Shown here piece after piece: positions 36,791 to 49,230 of a DNA stretch of 64,000 nt. Within the stretch, counting starts at the first letter, position 1; every line of letters starts with the position of its first letter. Origin of the DNA: Vicugna vicugna (Eukaryota). Under the pieces are notes generated by a model that saw only the letters and a list, made by a program, of their open reading frames with translations, had not been told where the DNA came from and searched no databases. The DNA lies in the NCBI GenBank assembly GCA_013265495.1, contig MU058781.1, positions 4,031,050 to 4,095,049 on the forward strand, given 5' to 3'. A program made the translations under genes and the position numbers.

Positions 36791-39230
36791 TGTTTCACCA
36801 TTTTTGTTCACATGCTCGCTTTTTAGGGGTAAGTGGGTGGCAGTAGGGAGCTGGAGGAGTAACCAGGAGGCAGGAAAGACAGTAGCCAGGGAAGGGAAAA
36901 TAGCCTCAGTTAATGAGAAAGACTCACCAGTTCCTGGAAAAGTAAAGGAGGCTGGCGCGGGTTCTGTGCGGGGGGAGAGGGAGAGAGAGAGAGGACCAGG
37001 ATACTCACTCCTCATGGACACATCTTGTGTTTGACCGAGGACTTGGCTATCTTATGGGCAGCTGTGGTCTCAGAACACTTTCTAGTCCACTGGTTTGCCT
37101 CAAGGTGCTTTGAAAAATTGTAACGAACTAAACAGAAAGCAATTTCTAGAGTTGTTGGTATCTTTCCTCTTTGTGCAAAATTGAGCCGCTGTGCAGAAGC
37201 GAGTGCTCCCCGAAGTGCAGATTGCCGGCGTCCACGGCCATTAGCACGTGGGCATCTTCCGTACTGCCGTGAGCGGCTTACCCGTGAGGAATGGACGTCT
37301 GAAGACTCTGAGGAAGGCTCAGAGGTTACCTTCGTGGTTCTCAGCTTTATTTTAGTGATTTCCTCTCTCAGCATTACTGTACGATTTTTAACGGAAAAGA
37401 ATAATCAAGACCAGTCCCCTCAAAGAGCTCATGGAAAATACATGAAATGTCGTGTTTAAAAACCAGATTTAATTGTTAGGCCTTTTTTTAAAAAAGGAGA
37501 GCAAGAAAAAAAGACCCCAGTGGCTTATTATGTAACGTCCAGATGTTTGACATCAAACATGCCAGATGAGGGGGTGATTTTTCCCTCTTCATCTGGTTGC
37601 TTTGGCCTCACTGTAGATGCAGAGAAAGAGAGCGTTAGATAAGAACCTTGCTGGGGTGGCCTCGTCCCCACTCCCAGCAGGCCCTTCAAAAGACCCGTAA
37701 ACATTCAGCTGCATTTTTAAGCTCCGATATGGCAGATTCTTAATGAACACATTCTTTAGACCCAGCATAAACTTGAGAAGCTTCTGGAAACCATCTAAGG
37801 ATGGCCCCAGGTAGACAAAGCAGTGGGGGGAAGGTATTTTCCCTTCTCGTTCAGATGTTTTAGGCTCCCAGACACCTAAAGTTGTTTCATCTTCAATGTA
37901 CAGATCTAACATAGTATTAAAATATGCTGTGGGTTTTGCAAGAGCGAAGAGCGACAGCTGCTCTTCAGAGTGACAGACGGATGTCCACGTTTCAGCTGGC
38001 TTGGTTTGTCAGCGTGGCTGTTTGTTCTTGCCTGAAATGCCAGTGAAGGGCAGCGAGCGCTGTCCTGCTAGAATGTGGAAACCGAGACCTGATTAGAGGG
38101 AGCGTTTGTTGAAAAAGCATTTTCGCCGCACACTCGTGTGTCCGTATCCTGTGGGGAAATCCTTTCAATCCCATACCTGCTAAATAAATCTGGCAAGGAG
38201 TAAACACTCTGGAAGTCTCTTACTGATACAGAATTCCACCTGTTATGTGGGTTCCGCCAGCCTCCGAGCTGGGGCAGCAGCGTTGGGTACCATTCAGGCT
38301 GACCTGGGACAGGGCCCATCCAGGAGAAGATGTGTGTTCTTCCCATGCTGCCAGGTGACTTGAACCTTTCATGAGAACCAAGGTGGTGCTTGAAGCTAAG
38401 ATTGACGTCCTGGCTTATGGTTGCTATTATTTGGTGCTTTCCTTGAACTCGAATACTCCACCAAGCGTTACCTAATACCGCAGATCAGAAACGTCTCGCT
38501 CCGCTTTCCTCTGGTTTTCCACTCAGGGCAAGGGTAGGGGTCCTGAACCTGCCGCAGAAATCCTTTCCAAAGTTAGAACTGCGTCTCTGCGCAAACACTC
38601 TCTCTTCTTTAAAGCCCACGCGGTCCCCCCCACCTCCTCCCAGGGCCTTGGAATGCAGTTCTACATGGGTGTAGTGACTATGAGATAGTGATTTTCCTGA
38701 AGGCCCAGGCTGTGTCTCCTCATCTTTGTGAAGATTGGTGCCTGGTGCATTCATTATTAACTATTTATTAGTAATTAATTAATGCTGGATAAATGCACTG
38801 CACTCTTTGGAAAGTTTGTGGGCCTCTGTGTGTGAGATATTGCCCAGAGAATGGCAGTTAGGTCCTTTAAATTAGGGATTTATTTAAAAGTGAATTAGGA
38901 AAATTTTCTGAAGTCCCTGATAGGACCTTCAAAGATGACAAAGGGTCTGCTGGCCAAATGTTATAACAGGGCTGCTACGCCAGCACCATCCCAAGGCATG
39001 ACTCCTGTATCTGAAAGAGAACTATACAAATAGCACTTCCTGGGTGTACCCGCAGCTCTCTGGACGGCACACGTGCACGTGTAGAAGATACCTTTACAGA
39101 CTCCAAGGATTCAGGCTCACGGCCTGCTGTGTATAATCAGTCATGTATGTGTGATGCTGAAACACGTTCCAAGATGCCCCTGGTAAAGGAATCAGAGTGT
39201 TTGTTTGCTATCTTATCAACCAAAGAGCTT

Positions 39231-39836
39231 TGTAGTTTTCTATTCCTGCATAAGAAAATAGCCCCTAACTTAGGTGTTTAATACGACTAGCATTTATCAT
39301 CTCACAGTTTCTGAGGGTCAGAGTTCTGAGCGTGGCCATGCTGGGTGGCCTGGCTCAGAGCCTCTCAGGGGACTGCAGTTGGGTTGCTACAGGTGCTGTT
39401 TTCATCTGAAGGTTTGCTTGGAGCTGGAAGATCTGCTTTCAAGATGCTGCTCTCACATGGCTGTTGGCAGGAGGCCTGTGTGAGTCTCTCCAGAGGCTGC
39501 TTGAGTGTTCTCACCATGTGGCCATTTATTTCCCCCAGAGTGGGTGACCCAGGGAAGGAGCAAGGAGGACCCTGCAGTGCCTTTTATGATTTGGTCTCCA
39601 AAGTCACACACCTTCACTTCTGCTTTATCCTGTTCGTTAGAAGTGAGTCCCTAAATCCAGCCAATACTCAAGGAGAAGAAAGTTAGCCTTCACCTTAAAA
39701 AAAAAAATTCCCTTTTAAAGGAGGCACTGGGGATTGAACCCAGGACCTCATGCATGCTAAGCACACGCTCTACCACTGAGCTTTACCCTCCCCTAAGGCA
39801 TCAAAGACTTTGTGAACATATTTTAAATCCATCACA
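39231..39836 (-). mobile_element. MaLR LTR (MLT1F/G-like) with a nested SINE
   Basis: TAGTTTTCTATTCCTGCATAA..CATTTATCATCTCACAGTTTCTGAGGGTCAG..GGAGCTGGAAGATCTGCTTTCAAGATG..CATATTTTAAATCCATCACA. Confidence 0.88.
39708..39793 (-). mobile_element. tRNA-Ala-derived SINE (camelid Vic-1-like)
   Basis: Minus strand reads GGGGAGGGTAAAGCTCAGTGGTAGAGCGTGTGCTTAGCATGCATGAGGTCCTGGGTTCAATCCCCAGTGCCTC, with A box, AGC anticodon arm and B box. Related copies are at 44684 and 62831. Confidence 0.88.
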
Positions 39837-40124
39837 GAACTGCTGCTTGATTTGACAGGTCTACTATGAGCACTCGCTGGCCTTTCCAGATGTGCCTGTT
39901 AAATATGTAAATCCTACTTGCCCTGCACTCCAGAGGAGGTCCACCTCGAGTTGCCCAATGTGGGAAACAGGTTGTCTGAAAATCAGGACCTGTGGTTCTG
40001 AGTGTTTGACCTCGGACCTTCCCTTAGAAACCGCTTTGTTTTCTCTGTCCGCAGCGTGGAGGCTTTCCACTGAAACCCATCTGCAGCCTCTTTAAAGAAG
40101 AGTCACAGTAGCACCCATTGTTAG

Positions 40125-40290
40125 CCACGCTGAGTGTTCCACAAACGCTATTTCCTTAAATTCTCACCCCTGCCCGGTGGGCTGGACGTTCTCATCATCA
40201 TCCCTGTTTTACAGAGGGGGACACAGAGGCCTGAAGTCACCTAGCCAGTCACTGGTGACACTGGGGTTTGGACCCCGGCAGTCGGGCTCT
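40125..40290 (-). mobile_element. MIR
   Basis: CATCATCATCCCTGTTTTACAGAGGGGGACACAGAGGC..CTGGGGTTTGGACCCCGGCAGTC. Confidence 0.65.
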
Positions 40291-40547
40291 TACTTTCTCC
40301 CCTGTGTTAGAGTGCCACCTCCTTTGGCTGAGCTCTCTCCGCCCAACACCCCCAAAGCTAAGTTTATAGGCGTGTGGTGTAGCTTCTGCTTTACACGAGA
40401 CCATCTCAAAAACACTCTGCCCAGTAGGAAGGGATGGAAGTCTGGTATTTATGGCCTCTACCACCCCCGGGCCCCCCTGAGACCTCCCCACCAGCATGCC
40501 CCATTCTGGGCTTGGGAAACCGTTCTCTTTTCTGTCCCTTCAGGCCT

Positions 40548-40908
40548 GGGGATGTCTGTCCTCCTGGAACCTGTGAATATGGCAGGAGGGGTTTTACAGG
40601 TGGAATTAAGTCAAGGATTTTGAGATGGGGAGATTATCCTGGATTATCCAGATGTGCCCAGTGTACAAGAATCCTCATTAGGGACGGGGGTCTGAGGATG
40701 CTATGCTGCTGGCTTTGAAGGTGGAGAAACGGGCCAGGAGCCAAGGAAAGTGGGCCACCTCTAGCAGCTGGAAAGGGCCACAGATTCTCCCCCTGAGGTT
40801 CCAGGAGTGCGGCCCTGCCGACACCTTGACCTTGGCCCTGTAAGAACCACTTCAGACCTCTGACTTCCAGAACTCTGTGGTGATAAATGTGCTTGGTTTT
40901 AAGCTACC
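40548..40908 (+). mobile_element. MaLR LTR (MLT1D-like)
   Basis: CCTGGAACCTGTGAATATG..TTGAGATGGGGAGATTATCCTGGATTATCCAG..CTGCTGGCTTTGAAGGTGGAG..GCCCTGCCGACACCTTGAC..GGTTTTAAGC. Confidence 0.92.
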
Positions 40909-43059
40909 CTCCCACACAAAACGTCTGCAGAGTTGATGAAAATCCACCCTGTTGTCTTTACATAATACGATAACAGAGCAAGAAACTACAAAACTACATC
41001 TTATTAGAGATTATATAATGAAAGTAGGCACATGCTTAAGTTACAAGCCCTGACGTCAAGAAACCTAGAAATTCACTGGGAAGAAAAGGCGTACCCACAT
41101 AAAGCAAGCAACAGATCTTTGTTCAGGGCAAGTGTGTGTGCTAGAGAGCCAGGTGGGACCACGGACGGCTGGAGCAGCTGAGCATCTCCTGGAACTCTGC
41201 TGTTATCCTGCCATGTCTCAAAGACACGTAGGAAGCAAGAAAATGATCTTGCTGATGGGCAGTCCCCGACACATGGCGTTCTAGAAGGTGTAAAACAGTT
41301 CTCTGCTTTCCTGTTGGTCACCCTTTGATGGATTTAGAGCAGCCTCAGATGAGTCCCCATTCTCTCTGCTCTCCCTACCTTTCTGTTTGATGCTCTCACC
41401 CTCTGCTCAGGGTTGTGCCATCCTGCCAGTGCCTAGAGTGGTCCAGAGGTGGAGATGCTCCAAGCTCTATCCGAATGGACAGTGGGGCTTCTGACACTCA
41501 CTGGTCCCTCCCAGACCATCCTTGCATTCAGCATAGGCTCAGCCAATCTTCAGAGAGGAGCATCCAGGAAATAACGAAGCTCTTTCTAGTTAGTTACCTC
41601 CCAAAGCCTAACTAACCCACCAGAGGTGAGAAGGGGTGAGTGGGAAGAGGACAGACAACCAAGCCGTTTATCTGTACCAAGCAGATTTCAGGGTCCAATA
41701 GGTTCTGAAGAAGGGCTAGGAAGTGAGTTTGTGGGGAGGAATTAAGAGCATTCCAGGCGGGGAGAAGGCATCCCCAGAGGCCAGCAAGGTCGGAACGGGC
41801 AAATGTGCACCATAGAAAGAGCCGCAAGGAGATGGACTGCCTTGGGGTAGAGGAAAATGGAAGAAAACCACACGAGGTGAGAGTGATGGCATTGTGGTGC
41901 ACTGGGATGTCTGCCGTGGTGCATGTATGTTTGGGGAGCCCTTCAAGGGCGGATCTGAATCTCTCCATTTCCCATTTTTCGCCTCAGTTTTGGTCATGAT
42001 TTCAGTGTGGCTAAAGAAAGGGAAGGTGGTTGCTGGAAGGGGCCAGGGCCACATGTGGGACAGCTCCCACGCCGTCCCCACACCTCTTCCTGCGGAGCGC
42101 CGAGTGGTGCCTGGGTATTTCTGCCACAGAAGCCCGCAGCGTTACTGCCAGGCCTCGGAAATAATTAATACACGTGCTGGTCAGGATCACATCCCCGAGC
42201 ACACGGGTCTGTCCCGGGGTGGGCGGCCCAGACAGTTTGTCGCATTTTCCGGGAGGCTGCCCGGAGCCCCACGCCTGCCGGGCTTCCTGCGGCTGGTGGC
42301 ACAGGTGTCCGGCCGCGTTAGCGCTGATCCCGGGCCCCGCTGTCGTGTGGCACTCCCCCGAAGGAGCAGTCTCCTGTTTTTCTGGTGTTTAGAGCCGAGT
42401 TCTGTGCTCCCTGCTACGTGGGTATCAAACAGAAATGATTTCAGCCCTGGTCTTTGGGGATGTAGAAAGAAGGGGATGCCTTCTTTCTAAGTGAGTGTTT
42501 CCTGAGATCTTTTCAGACGGGCTGCCTACAGGCTCTTCCTCTCCAGTTTGTCACGGCGTTTCTTCAGTTCCCAGTGCTGATATGGAGAAGATTCTCTCTG
42601 TCTTGGTGGCAAGATCTCATCCGGAATTTCTGTCAGTTTTGTAAGTGGGAAGGGGGAGATTCACACCTACTATAAATATAGTAGGTCCTTACTAAAATAT
42701 TTTTTAATTTAGAGTGGAATTTGGTCTACGAAGTTTCCTTCTTGGGCTCCAGCCAGTGTGTTTTAGGGGATTTTCCCAAAGGATTTCACTATGAAACAGA
42801 GCCACTTACAGAGTGTGCCTGTGGATGAGGGCTCAAGTGATGTAACACAGCCACAGAGCAGCAGAGAAACGAGGACAGGATCTTGGGAAATTGTCCCAGT
42901 TTATAGAGCAGTGAGAGGGGGAGAGCCTGCTGGGTGGGACTGGGTTTGCTAGGGAAAATGGCATCCTGCTTTTAGCCCTGTTTAAATGGTGAGTTTTCTG
43001 CTCTTTTGCGTTCTGCTCTTCCACGTGGTTTCCATAGCGAGACGACACCAGTGTCTATT

Positions 43060-43320
43060 TAAGAGCTTGGATCCTGGAGTCAGATGATTGGGACTTGAAA
43101 CCCAAACACAAGTTATTTAAATCTCAAAGCCTTAGTTTTATGATTTAGAAAATGATAATAGTAGTAATAATAATAATAATAATAATACAACAACGACAAC
43201 AAGAATCATACCTAACTAAAGGGCTCTTTTTAAAAATTTAATCATAAAATGCACACGAATTATTTAGTATCTGGCACGTAGCATAACAAGCCGTCAAAAT
43301 GCTATCGTTCGTTGTTAGTA
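43060..43320 (+). mobile_element. MIR with an internal (TAA)n expansion
   Basis: TTAAGAGCTTGGATCCTGGAGTCAGA..CAAGTTATTTAAATCTCAAAGCCTTAGTTTT..(TAA)n at about 43165-43187..TATCTGGCACGTAG. Confidence 0.75.
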
Positions 43321-43558
43321 ACATTTTTATATTGTTTGTAATGAATTGGAAGGTTCAGAGTACATAAAATAGAGAGAATGTTGATGATGGCAAAATGTTA
43401 GAAAAGTGTACAAGACGCCCCAAGTTTTGGATGCTAATTGGGAATGAAGTCTTTGCTTAGTTCCTTACAGGCATTATGACTGTATCTCACTCTGTAGAGA
43501 TTTACTGCCAGCTCACAGAGGAAGCCCTTCCACATTCTTTGGCTTGCACACGGGTGGG

Positions 43559-43583
43559 AGTGTGTGTGTGTGTGTGTGTGTGT
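43559..43583. repeat. (TG)n microsatellite
   Basis: Read directly. Confidence 0.97.
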
Positions 43584-44499
43584 ACATGCCCATATGCATA
43601 TTGCTTTGTGGAGTACCCCCTTGCAGAATGTAGAGAGAAGCATTATGGGCTGTGAATGAGACTGTCACAGACAAAAGAGATTTCTCTTCTGTCCTTTCAA
43701 ATGGACCACCGCCCACTGAAGAACCTTTTTCTTCCCTCTGAAGCCAAGTAAAGGCATTGGGCTGATCGTCTTTCAACGACACTCTTTTTTCTTCTTCTGT
43801 TTGGATTTCTCTAAGCACATTCCCCAGGCGCCTGGAAAAATTAAATGAAAGAAATAAAATAATTCATCCTTTTTTCCCTTGGAGTGAGGACCTGCAGAAA
43901 TAAAGGAAACAAAGACACTTACAATAGGATCCATGTGGGCTTTAGGGAACAAAGAGTGACAACAATCAAATGTATGGCTTAAAATAGCTACACCTCGGGT
44001 AGACCTATTATGCAAGAGAAGCTGTGCTGGTGATAATTCCAACCACTTAAAGGAAGCTACGATCTTCCTACAAAGGAAGAGACTCACCATCATAAAAAGA
44101 TTTGCCTTCTGGTTACAGATCTCTCATTTTGGTTGTATAGACAGGACTAGACAGCAGTGTGGGGAAAAAATTGAAATGGGAAGGGACAGAAAAAGTGGAC
44201 AACAAAGAGGGGTATTCGTGATATTAATTGGAGCTAGCACCTCTGATTCACAAGGTGGTTTGCAACAGCATTGGTCAGACCTCTCCCAAGAGTGGGCATG
44301 GCGGTGATCTGAGGGCAGGGTTTTGAGAAAACCTGAGCAAGGGTGCAGAGGGATTCCCCTGACCCTCTTCTGTGCTTTACCGTCTGTCCTGAGAGCCGGT
44401 GAGCACGTGGGCTGCCGCGAGCATGGTGCTCGGAACACCCTTTCTCAAGGGCCCCAGCTATTCAGATGGGGTCTTTTATGCTTTGGGAAATAAAACAGG

Positions 44500-44900
44500 A
44501 GAAGAATCAGGAATGTTCTAGGAGGAAGAGACAGCAATTGCATAGTCTCTAACATAGGAAAGATTTTAATGTGTTTGGGAAACTGAAAAGAGACCAGTAA
44601 GAATGGAGAAGAGAGAGCCAAGGAGGAGAGAGCCAGACAGGTGGGTTCATGCTGAGCCTTGCTGACTGTGGGAAGAACTTTAGCATGTTCAGGGTCCTGG
44701 GTTCAATCCCTAGTACCCACTCTAAAAATAAATAAGTAGATAAATAAATAAAGTAACTACCTCTCCCTCAAAAAAATCTCAAAAAGAAAAAAAAAAAGAA
44801 CTTTAGACTTTCATTTTAAGTGCATTAACAAACCACTGAGGACCTTTAAGCTGAGGAATTACGAAGTACCTGATATGTATTCACATTTAGGAAGATCTCT
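44500..44900 (-). mobile_element. L2 fragment split by a SINE
   Basis: GAATGTTCTAGGAGGAAGAGACAGCAATTGCA..GTGTTTGGGAAACTGAAAAGAGACCAGT..AAGAACTTTAG|ACTTTCATTTTAAGTGCA..AACCACTGAGG. Confidence 0.75.
44684..44795 (+). mobile_element. 5'-truncated tRNA-Ala-derived SINE with A-rich tail
   Basis: CATGTTCAGGGTCCTGGGTTCAATCCCTAGTACC (B box) followed by an A-rich tail. An 11-bp TSD, AAGAACTTTAG, is at 44673-44683 and 44796-44806. Confidence 0.88.
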
Positions 44901-45324
44901 AAGTAACTTCAGGACACTCCCTGAAATGATAAACTACTGGTAGTAGCTGTCAGTGTTCACCCCTAGATCTGGGAGGCAGGCTGGGATAACAGGGGCCAGC
45001 CCACCTCCCCACGTCCCCCGGTCCGCTGGCAGGCACAGTGTTTTCTATATCCCTGGCCCCAGGTTAAGACATTGAAGAGGAAGGTCACAAGTGAAACTCC
45101 ATCCTGGAAATTTTCTGCATTAGAAAAATCCCCAAAGTGTAACTAAACTGGAGAGAACACAGAGATCACTTGAGACTTTAAGAAGTCTTCAAAATGCCAA
45201 GAAGTTTTCTCCAGGTCCTTTTTTGCAAGTTCAAATCAGGTTATAATGATCTGTAAGAAAGCAACAGACCCTAGTTTATGGCTCCACCTCTTTGAAGCAA
45301 ACATGGGCAAAACATAGGTATATG

Positions 45325-45720
45325 CGTTTATCAGTCAGCTGAGGTTTAGTTATGCTGCAGTAACAAACAACCCCAGCTCTCAGCGTCATCACAGAGAAAG
45401 ATCTTTTTCTCTCTGAGTTACAGCTCATGGGCCACTTTGGCTCTGCTCTAGTGCTGTTTCTATTCCAGAGCCTGGGCTGAAAAAGCAGCCCCAGGTGGGA
45501 CACACCAGCCTCATGGCAGAGGAAGAGAGCAGTGGTGAGGCTGTGTCTTAGCTTTGACAGCTCCTGGCAGAGATGGCACGGCCCACATTCATTCACATTT
45601 CATGGGCCAGAGGAAATCAAATGGTCAAGCCTGATGTTAGCAGGAAGGGAGGAATAACTGTTCTGCAGGAACTGTCTGCAGAGAGGGGCACTAAATATTA
45701 TTAATGAATAATACAATGTG
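45325..45720 (-). mobile_element. MaLR LTR (MLT1J-like)
   Basis: TAGTTATGCTGCAGTAACAAACAACCCC..CTCATGGCAGAGGAAGAGAG..TTCACATTTCATGGGCCAGAGGAAATCAAATGGTCAAGCCTGA. Confidence 0.85.
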
Positions 45721-46279
45721 TTCAATGCCATATTTTGCTGTCTCCATTTTTGAAAACTGATTTCAAGGTGAAAATTCAGTAACAATCTTTTGTTAATAGA
45801 GATGACAACTTTCAGATACTGTAATTCCGAGTATGAGTCAATCCCTGAAAATTAGCACCACAAGCATTCCTTTAGAAGGATGACTTGTGAAAGTCTGAAA
45901 TGTATAGTTGGGAAGTGATTAAACCCAATTTTACTAGAAGAAAAGAACATTTAATAAAGCAGAGCTCTCAGTTTCTAATCTCATCTTGTACCAGTGCCTC
46001 AAAAATTTGAGACCAACTGCTGGGAAGATTTTTATGCAGAGAAAAGCAAAAAAGAATCTTGTATTTCTTTTGTCAAGTTGGGGTGAATGGGATGAAGAGA
46101 ATATATGGGTAATGTAATTTTAGCTGACATTATATTCCATTTAAGAAAGCCTGTCGTGGGGTTAGCTTTGAAGAAGGAAGCTTTATTTCACCAAGGAGGG
46201 AAAAAAATCCCAGCTCATGGAAGGCAAGGAAGATTATAAGCCAAACAGCAAATACATCACATCTGGTTGAGGGTCTGCC

Positions 46280-46940
46280 CGTTCTTGCCTGGACTGTGGC
46301 AGTGGCCCCGGCTGGCCTGTCTGTTTCTGCCCTAAGTCTGTTCTCCACACAGCAGGCAGAGAGGGTCTTCTCAAACTTAGAGTGTATCACGATCTGCTCA
46401 GAATCCGCACGGAACCCTCCAAGGAGACTCCCAGCTCACCCTGAAAGATAACCGGAGTTCTTCCCGTGGTCTGTGGATCCTGCGGGATGTGCCCTCCGAC
46501 AGCCTTGCTGAGTTCCACTCCCGCCGCTCACCTCCTCCTCCCTCCATGGAGCCACACTCACCTCCTGGCTCTTCCTTGTCCTCTGACCTGCCAGGCTTTG
46601 CTGCTCCAGGACTTTTGCACTGACTGTTCCCTCTGCCTGGGACACTCTGACTCCAAAACTCCACATTCCAAATTCTTTTCCTGTATCAGGAGGCCGTCCC
46701 TGACAACTTGATCTAAAATAGCACCCAGGCCTTCTCTGCCCACTTATCTGGCTTTATTTTCCCTTCTTAGCGCGTGTTGCTACCTGACATCAGACACATG
46801 CTCATCCTTCATCTTTTTTTCTCACTAGATTATAATTGCCAAGAGAAGGGGTCTTCGTTTCATTCACCATTTTATTCCTGGTGCTAAGAACAGTGGCTGG
46901 CATGTAGTAGGTGCCTACTAAAATTTGTTGGATGAGTTAA
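46280..46940 (+). mobile_element. L2a 3' portion
   Basis: CTTGCCTGGACTGTGGCAGTGGCC..TTCTCCACACAGCAGGCAGAG..TTTGCACTGACTGTTCCCTCTGCCTGGGACACTCT..AGAACAGTGGCTGGCATGTAGTAGGTGCC..ATTTGTTGGATGA. Confidence 0.9.
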
Positions 46941-48448
46941 AGAAACTATGTAGTTCTGACATTCCTAACTTCATCAGGTTTGTGTAAATATGAATATGTC
47001 ATTAATACAGAAACGGATAGAAATGTGTTTCCCTGCCTAGAAGATTCAGTCCATAAAACTCTGTTGAAAAACCCTACACAGTCAGTGTTTTAAAACAGAA
47101 CAGAAGACCATAATCCCATAATTTTTTCCGCTTTTTGTTAGTTTTCTTCTGCCAAGTCTCAGTGTTTACAGTACCAGGAAGCATGACAGGAGGTCACAGA
47201 ATCCTGAATAATGGGCTGGATTTCAAAAGTCATTGGATACATTTCCACATGAATGATGGCTGTCCTTTGTAAATTGAGCATGGTAGATTTCAGTTGGAGC
47301 AGCAATGATGAGAATTAAAAACAATAGCAAATATAAGGGTGGTGGGGAAAGAAAATCAAACATGGAGCCAAAGCAGGCTGATGGGACAGCTACCAGGATG
47401 ACGGAATGAAAGCAATCAACAAACCACCAGGCTCAGGACAGCCTGGGTACCAGTCAGCCCACACTCTGCTGACCAGGACTTCTGTAACCTTGGAAAACCC
47501 CATCCCAAGTTCCCCTGTTCTTCTGTTTCCATTAAGACAACTGCGGCCACCTTTCTGCACTTTGCCTTCACCCTCTGGTGAAGCGCCACCGCACACGTCC
47601 CCTGTCCCATCTGCAGCTTTTGTACCCAGAGGGAGCCGGTGAGTGACAGCATGGGGTGACGTGCCGGGTCTAGCTCCCTGCTCTAACTCGGGGCTTCTGC
47701 AGGATTAGAGCACATTTTGTATTTGCTTTCCCTTCTTGTTGGCCCCGCCGTGATGACATACAGTGAATCCTCTGTACTTTTGGAAAAAATGCATGATGGA
47801 GAGAACAAGTTGGATTTTCTTTGGAGCTTGAATGAACCCTTCACAGTGATGACGGGTGGTTAAGATGCTTTGGTGATCAAGAGCAGAGCTGGCTGGTTAG
47901 GAACGCAGAGCCTAACGCTTCATGAAGTACCACCCCAAAAGGGAGGCCTTGCCCAGTAGGGAGAGTGTGGATTCTTGTATTCCGGCCTCGAGGAAGACAT
48001 CCCAGGCCCAGCAGGCCTCTGTGGCCTTCCTCGCTAAGTTAGAACGCACACACATGCCGGTTTCCCCTTGGCTGGAGATGGTTACCCAAGCCTGTATCAC
48101 ACCCGTGAAACATACGCTTCTCCCCCAGCTGTGAGCTGATAAAAGCATCTTCAAAGGCCACCAGGCTGCCAGATTGGGTCGCTGGGTAGCTCAGAGAGGC
48201 TGGACCCTGGCAGTGAGCTGCAGGTTCATCACTGCCCTCATCCCTTTCAGAAAGCCCAGGTGCTTGTTGTGAAAGGCAGAGAAAGGGAATTCCTGCGTGG
48301 GAAATCTGTAATCTAACCCAGGCAAGTAGTAGATGCCTATAGACGTCACTCCTCTTAGCCTCGGAACAGCCCTGCCCACATAGTGTCACCTTCCTCATTT
48401 TAGAGGCAAAGGAGTCACCACTCAGGCAAGTTAAGTAACTGTCCCATC

Positions 48449-48900
48449 TGTCAGGACCTGGGCAGGAAATTCACGCCCACTCAGAGGCTTTAACAGAAGA
48501 GCATTTAAGGAAGGGTACTGTTTACAGAGGTGCGGGTAGGGCTGCAGAGGGGCGGGGAGCCGCAGCTTTGGGGGCGAATGGTGGTGGGAAGCCGTGACCG
48601 GTCCTGGGCCTGGAGGGCCAGAGCGGGATGGCATGGTCAGAGGCTGTGAGTGCGGGGCAGGGGCCAGGAGCTAGCCCCGGCCAGGGATGTGATGCAGCTG
48701 CCTCGGCCACGAGGTCACTGCCAAAGCAGGGAGACAGCCAGGGCAGTGAATACCTCAGCTTCTCTGTATTCCTGTCCCATCCTGTGGGCCCACAAGAAAG
48801 CCAGATGACAAGGAGGCTGGTGAGCCATCCGTGGGCTCAGCCTCTCGGGCAGGGCAGGGCAGGGCAGGGGGTGGCTCTGAGGTGGTGGTGATCAGAGGAG
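48449..48900 (-). mobile_element. Old ERVL-type LTR (LTR41/LTR33-group-like)
   Basis: GGCAGGAAATTCACGCCCACTCAGAGG..AGAAGAGCATTTAAGGAAGGGTACTGTTTACAGAGGTGCGGGTAGGG..GAAAGCCAGATGACAAGGAGGCTGG. Confidence 0.55.
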
Positions 48901-49002
48901 ACAGACTGGCTTCCAGCATCACCAGCGGGTGGTACGGCTCTCGGGGGGTGGGGGTGGTGGTCTGCAGCCAGCTGGGATCCCGCTGTCTTGCATTCTTTGC
49001 AC

Positions 49003-49230
49003 CTTCCTCTTCTGGGACTTCCTCTCCTTTCCTCCCTCTTGCCCTTCATCCCCCTCCCTCCCCTCTTCTCTCTGGTCCTCCTTTCTCCATCCCTCCTTTC
49101 CTCCTCCTCTTGTCTCCTTCCCGCCCCCCTGCCCTCCCCTCCGCCCCCGCCTCTTCTTCTTCTTCTTCTTTCTCTCTCTCCCCCCACTTTCCTTCCAACC
49201 TTCTTTCCTCTCTCCCTCCCTTTCTCTGCC
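49003..49230. repeat. About 225-bp polypyrimidine (C/T) low-complexity tract
   Basis: Almost entirely C/T on the plus strand, including (CTT)n at about 49153-49170. Confidence 0.95.

Noticed and set aside
39721..39793. A true tRNA-Ala(AGC) gene
   Set aside because: The acceptor stem is imperfect, there are extra 5' Gs, it sits inside an MLT1 LTR, and two related dispersed copies exist, so it is better explained as a SINE.
41894..42490. 198-aa ORF
   Set aside because: It has a non-ATG start and no recognisable homology, and it overlaps a GC-rich patch.
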